In this document: positions 57,601 to 59,038 of the stretch, one piece after another
Layout of the letters: every line of letters begins with the position of its first letter
Position numbering within the stretch: position 1 is the first letter of the stretch
Virus record (IMG/VR): IMGVR_UViG_3300025659_000001
Span: 1-59,038 of that record
Origin: a virus
Lineage: Duplodnaviria; Caudoviricetes
DNA: 59,038 nucleotides
Reading direction: 5' to 3' (one strand)
Notes under the pieces: generated by a model
The model's input: only the letters and a program-made list of their open reading frames with translations
Told to the model about the DNA's origin: nothing
Database searches by the model: none
Translations under genes and position numbers: made by a program

Positions 57601-59038
57601 CTATCATGTTCTCAGAATTGAGGATAGTAGCAAAGATATTACGCAAACCCGGTGTTGCTTTAGCAAGAGTCTCTCTCGCATACTGGTCTAAACCTGATGC
57701 CATAAACTCTTGGAAGTATCGTTCGCTACTAAAGATGTCACCAAACTCTCCCTCTAGGGATTTTTTAATGCTCTCTACGTGCTCAATACCACCTTTATCA
57801 AGAGCAACTGCTCCTCTATCTCCTTTGACATGGAAAAGCTGATAGGCTTTATTCATGCGGGCTATAAAGTCCATTGTGTCTTGGTCAACTACCTCATCAG
57901 CAGCAATCTTTAGCTTGGAAGAGTTATTGTATAGCTTCCGCAACTGTCCCAGTAGTTCAGCTTCGTTACCCTCACCCTTGCCACTCATCATTCTATAAGC
58001 ATTGCGATTTCTCACATGGAGCTTATGTGTCTGAATGGCATGCCAAATTGGTGTAGATTTCAGGATATTAAAATCATAGAACTCAGTATCTTTTTCACGG
58101 TAGCCTACAATGTTATCACGCCAGCTACTATCTTTAGTACCGAATACACGCTGATGCAATGCTTCGGTATGCTGATTGAATACGTTCTTAAAGGCTTTGT
58201 TGAACTCTGGGTCTGTAAGTATCTGACCCTCAGTCTGTGAGTCATACGCTCTACCAGTACCTCGCTTTAGAAGACCACTCTTCTCAGCAATCTTCATAGC
58301 TTCACGTAAGACCGTGGCCTCTCTGTGTGTTTCTCTACGGGCAATCATATCAGTCAGCATGCGGTACATGCTCTCTGGCATTACTAGATTCCCGCTATCG
58401 TCAACATCTACTTCCCTTCCTAGGGCTTTCAGACTGTCTTTGATATAGTTACGCATAACATCATTGATGTCTCTTGTAACCTTGCTTACCGCGTCGAACC
58501 GCGCTTCTTCGATTAAGTCTGTTACGTTTTGAGCATTAAGTTTATGGTCTTTAATACGGCTAGTGGTCAGCTCTGCTACATACTGCATAGCTTCTTCTTT
58601 TGTCATTGGCTTAATTAGCTCATGTGTAACTTGTCCTCGTGTAACAGCTCTCTCAAGTTCTGATGCCACTAAAATTTGTTCTTCAATGATGCGATTAGCT
58701 TCAGCATCAAGTGGGTGTACGCCTTGTTCATCACGCATCCATTCCATCCATGTGCGTTTTTCACCTTGGTCTGCGACACCTAATGACTTAACATATTCCT
58801 CTTTAGAGGTTAGCTTGGAGTTCACAATGTCAGATGCAGTTTTAAGCTCAGCCTGTACTGCCTCTGAGTTAATCTTCCGTCTAACCTGCTGGAATGTATC
58901 GTGTTCAGCGAATGCTAAAGCAACATTATCCCAACTAGAAGCCTTGACACCCATCATCTCTAATGTTTTCATGGTGTGAACAAATTCCTGAGAGTTAGCT
59001 CTAGTCTTTGTTGCAGCATACCATTGAGGCATTGGGTC
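51665..59038 (-). CDS. Virion RNA polymerase-like giant protein, C-terminal part (full length ~2982 aa, starting at 1702)
   Basis: DADFDLD at 54020-54040 and upstream LRTP match the double-psi-barrel RNAP catalytic motifs (crAss gp66 type DFDxD). Confidence 0.8.
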   Translation of the reverse strand, partial: DPMPQWYAATKTRANSQEFVHTMKTLEMMGVKASSWDNVALAFAEHDTFQQVRRKINSEAVQAELKTASDIVNSKLTSKEEYVKSLGVADQGEKRTWMEWMRDEQGVHPLDAEANRIIEEQILVASELERAVTRGQVTHELIKPMTKEEAMQYVAELTTSRIKDHKLNAQNVTDLIEEARFDAVSKVTRDINDVMRNYIKDSLKALGREVDVDDSGNLVMPESMYRMLTDMIARRETHREATVLREAMKIAEKSGLLKRGTGRAYDSQTEGQILTDPEFNKAFKNVFNQHTEALHQRVFGTKDSSWRDNIVGYREKDTEFYDFNILKSTPIWHAIQTHKLHVRNRNAYRMMSGKGEGNEAELLGQLRKLYNNSSKLKIAADEVVDQDTMDFIARMNKAYQLFHVKGDRGAVALDKGGIEHVESIKKSLEGEFGDIFSSERYFQEFMASGLDQYARETLAKATPGLRNIFATILNSENMIEMRGLVTHSNGKILMLDSSAIEQLVSRDGPLDAKTRKEIDSYRDNIEIPLREGQRNGAQMIEFRGEIPNFLEPMELMNTIIGLNQSTDANRLRRIGQVAEAISGLGTEVERITLSSKQWKEDASTSTMRNHLVELAEVTGRIQHTIEWMVATGDAIGLRTLETRLGQLEALKSKLSRYEGIKAEPLKEALMEAELIMNGSLEKYMEETRLDEYYEVPEWIDDHYGANGRPIHTRPWSSHSSTISESAFIAKYSDYGVTPEGFASLTEKVQYAIGKGRVAYDRDNAANQLFFNEKTKEYVEAADIVESIIFPFVEDMAGRMGGNSRPDFHSDVMQIIMNQINRKQMLTLSYNAPDRTGQNGTFNAGMTVTSRWHRGINRLQHQLGLTDFDGSIMMLGQQAVIGERQLRGLDKGLRDAIAINAAKGMGIDIPLDQFMDVESSQILERLQSTLVGDGKGNKPQFRVLELDDRTTIVMSARGLRTAGEVWKNPESRIRKQLSALVDSPELVDRYFENIGFDKNGKNGLEVLEKLVYLTRAIDAVPHEVQAMFIERTATPEKIAKLLKYAKLDNARNGLALDKTTVEVTERYWDKYAGEDKEMLNILKHFKSQMVKNKHMRTIEIEDEDGQGEKFFSIYQRGKAQLKQQLIDNGYSIENADAMLEIQMQNYQTADASVVNGEWYLSLPHMAALLLTRGGSKDWFTFNEKGEVTGFQAVIKPTVMNSEFGEDGSVSVQVGKTAFKFNPMMDAMMKNPDGKTYKTDSITFSSAMKINKTKAGKGQQFLDKRLRITPAETDNSFKNPGEGLMDLVDPMARAGKDLITMIPNEAILLKSISTDHDGTLTAAFGNHLSNEGQKALNDMTGSLGAVSDLLRSYKDMHSNPLSFRSSMATLRNSALNRGDLFARSMGIEGVLEAGGVPVFEYMIPQADKMLVSEYLGNRNFTTSRTPYGGYNVMTAATDLSMPLRIIEGGSGQGYQRMFGGSGKAYREHQETFVGGIKGMGDKQGVSLILTLTPEKAAEMNAILGEYGSKKDMSFEPLKSGDDIVVTHDGFVMGPHLTAMRQKAGDKIFGSAKRQAVGRELDARINGAFKKAYADALEGFEGMNIADLVAHLDGEYWEGTELQGQDYKSNGGRMAAKKTGFKAIHVANVDLRTPMAGMSDRVITKVEKLLSAKRGPVSEMNYLDVVDPQDADFDLDKSASFFALPGAVVRDIYNLSGYQDVATGKLFDTAMKSVLADNSSDMTTKNAYIAHLEGMRGGIVRQHSAATMIYNMLVSRAGLDGIEPGLARSYEVNEKGGVSHAVVNDGIEMFNDHVNRSKDRFRVTFKDGGEYINSLAYLKNLIKTTIDVYKATPEVPSEFSASKAIWFGDNGFLKIERRDQELGWIDAREESTGRTLQKEMTELMIPLGQFFNLQNMTETMANGTQRKMGVTELVSSYNDVIRKVQNHANFTDRNTGAKLNHTAGIAENLLEWLGATSTGKQSTSNHPLAQGMKELAGYFNREINGKKPATDATITNMLSGEFNYDRQTMTSALNTYIRTESDWAQMGWISYEAQRINDRLEEMRHFKQTNTSKYDRLLKVMKAHTEAIGIINEKLNGRVEARGTMITNPESENRLFHKVAHIYTIKNNEVVNFRRVSKGKREWLNKGDVVIYNPRELQVEHDVVLKSRRAFAKAFARDLPSLEYSGTRDRINDIAERMPEELFEVSLLNDRFAPMSSDKWGTVSELQQHVLARHMGRAHEIAGADGVKQLLFRLLTPVIDNKKMAVTGYDPANGQYITHEAYRSNRHNEKLVLATLDKMMAGKGSDLIHPDLARDLHSDIIQRMTVELLRQNNPTIMGDVMAQRRLEDVRRPLKIFQLTKEEIPIWMTHENIKDELAADLMAAYMNGTYHLDPIELYHLTENVVGGRNLRPSDSQIAESVASIWGSKEQRTISAARAIHEDTPAVRDAGKHAGGYGEGTEVSLKDKLTKEYSHLYEKGCE
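58912..59038. repeat. Terminal direct repeat, copy 2
   Basis: Identical to 1-127. Confidence 0.95.

Noticed and set aside
58912-59038. 127-bp terminal repeat as a biological DTR
   Set aside because: It lies mid-gene and matches a common assembler k-mer length, so it indicates circular assembly rather than physical ends.
1-59038. CRISPR array, integrase/att site, IS element, introns/inteins, or stop-codon reassignment
   Set aside because: No regularly spaced repeats or recombinase/transposase motifs were seen. TerL, portal and primase are uninterrupted and of normal size, and genes are long and dense under the standard code.

Overview
The window is a complete, circularly assembled phage genome of about 58.9 kb: bases 1-127 are identical to 58912-59038. 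It looks lytic and podovirus-like, with no integrase and no tape-measure protein. The minus-strand arm (about 31.8 kb to 1, continuing from 59 kb to 48.6 kb) holds small genes, TerS/TerL, a P22-like portal, scaffold, SU10-type major capsid protein, ring/adaptor proteins, tail fibres (one ending in a C1q-like domain), lysis genes and a tail nozzle. It ends in four ejection proteins; one is a ~2,980-aa protein spanning the assembly junction with a two-barrel RNA polymerase DFDxD motif (crAss-type virion RNAP). The plus-strand arm (32.0-48.6 kb) holds early and replication genes. The standout is a complete four-gene phage-encoded ubiquitin-like conjugation cassette at 35.6-40.1 kb: Ubl ending GG-Q, a large E2-like protein, a JAB protease and a ThiF/E1 enzyme. 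It has an internal terminator and a non-canonical tRNA-like RNA, and is followed by a radical-SAM protein missing two of its three cluster cysteines. Other oddities: a circularly permuted Sak4/AAA_24 ATPase, a circularly permuted tRNA-like gene at 48.45-48.58 kb, several other structured intergenic RNAs, and no recognisable replicative DNA polymerase. All functional calls come from motifs read by eye; no database searches were run.
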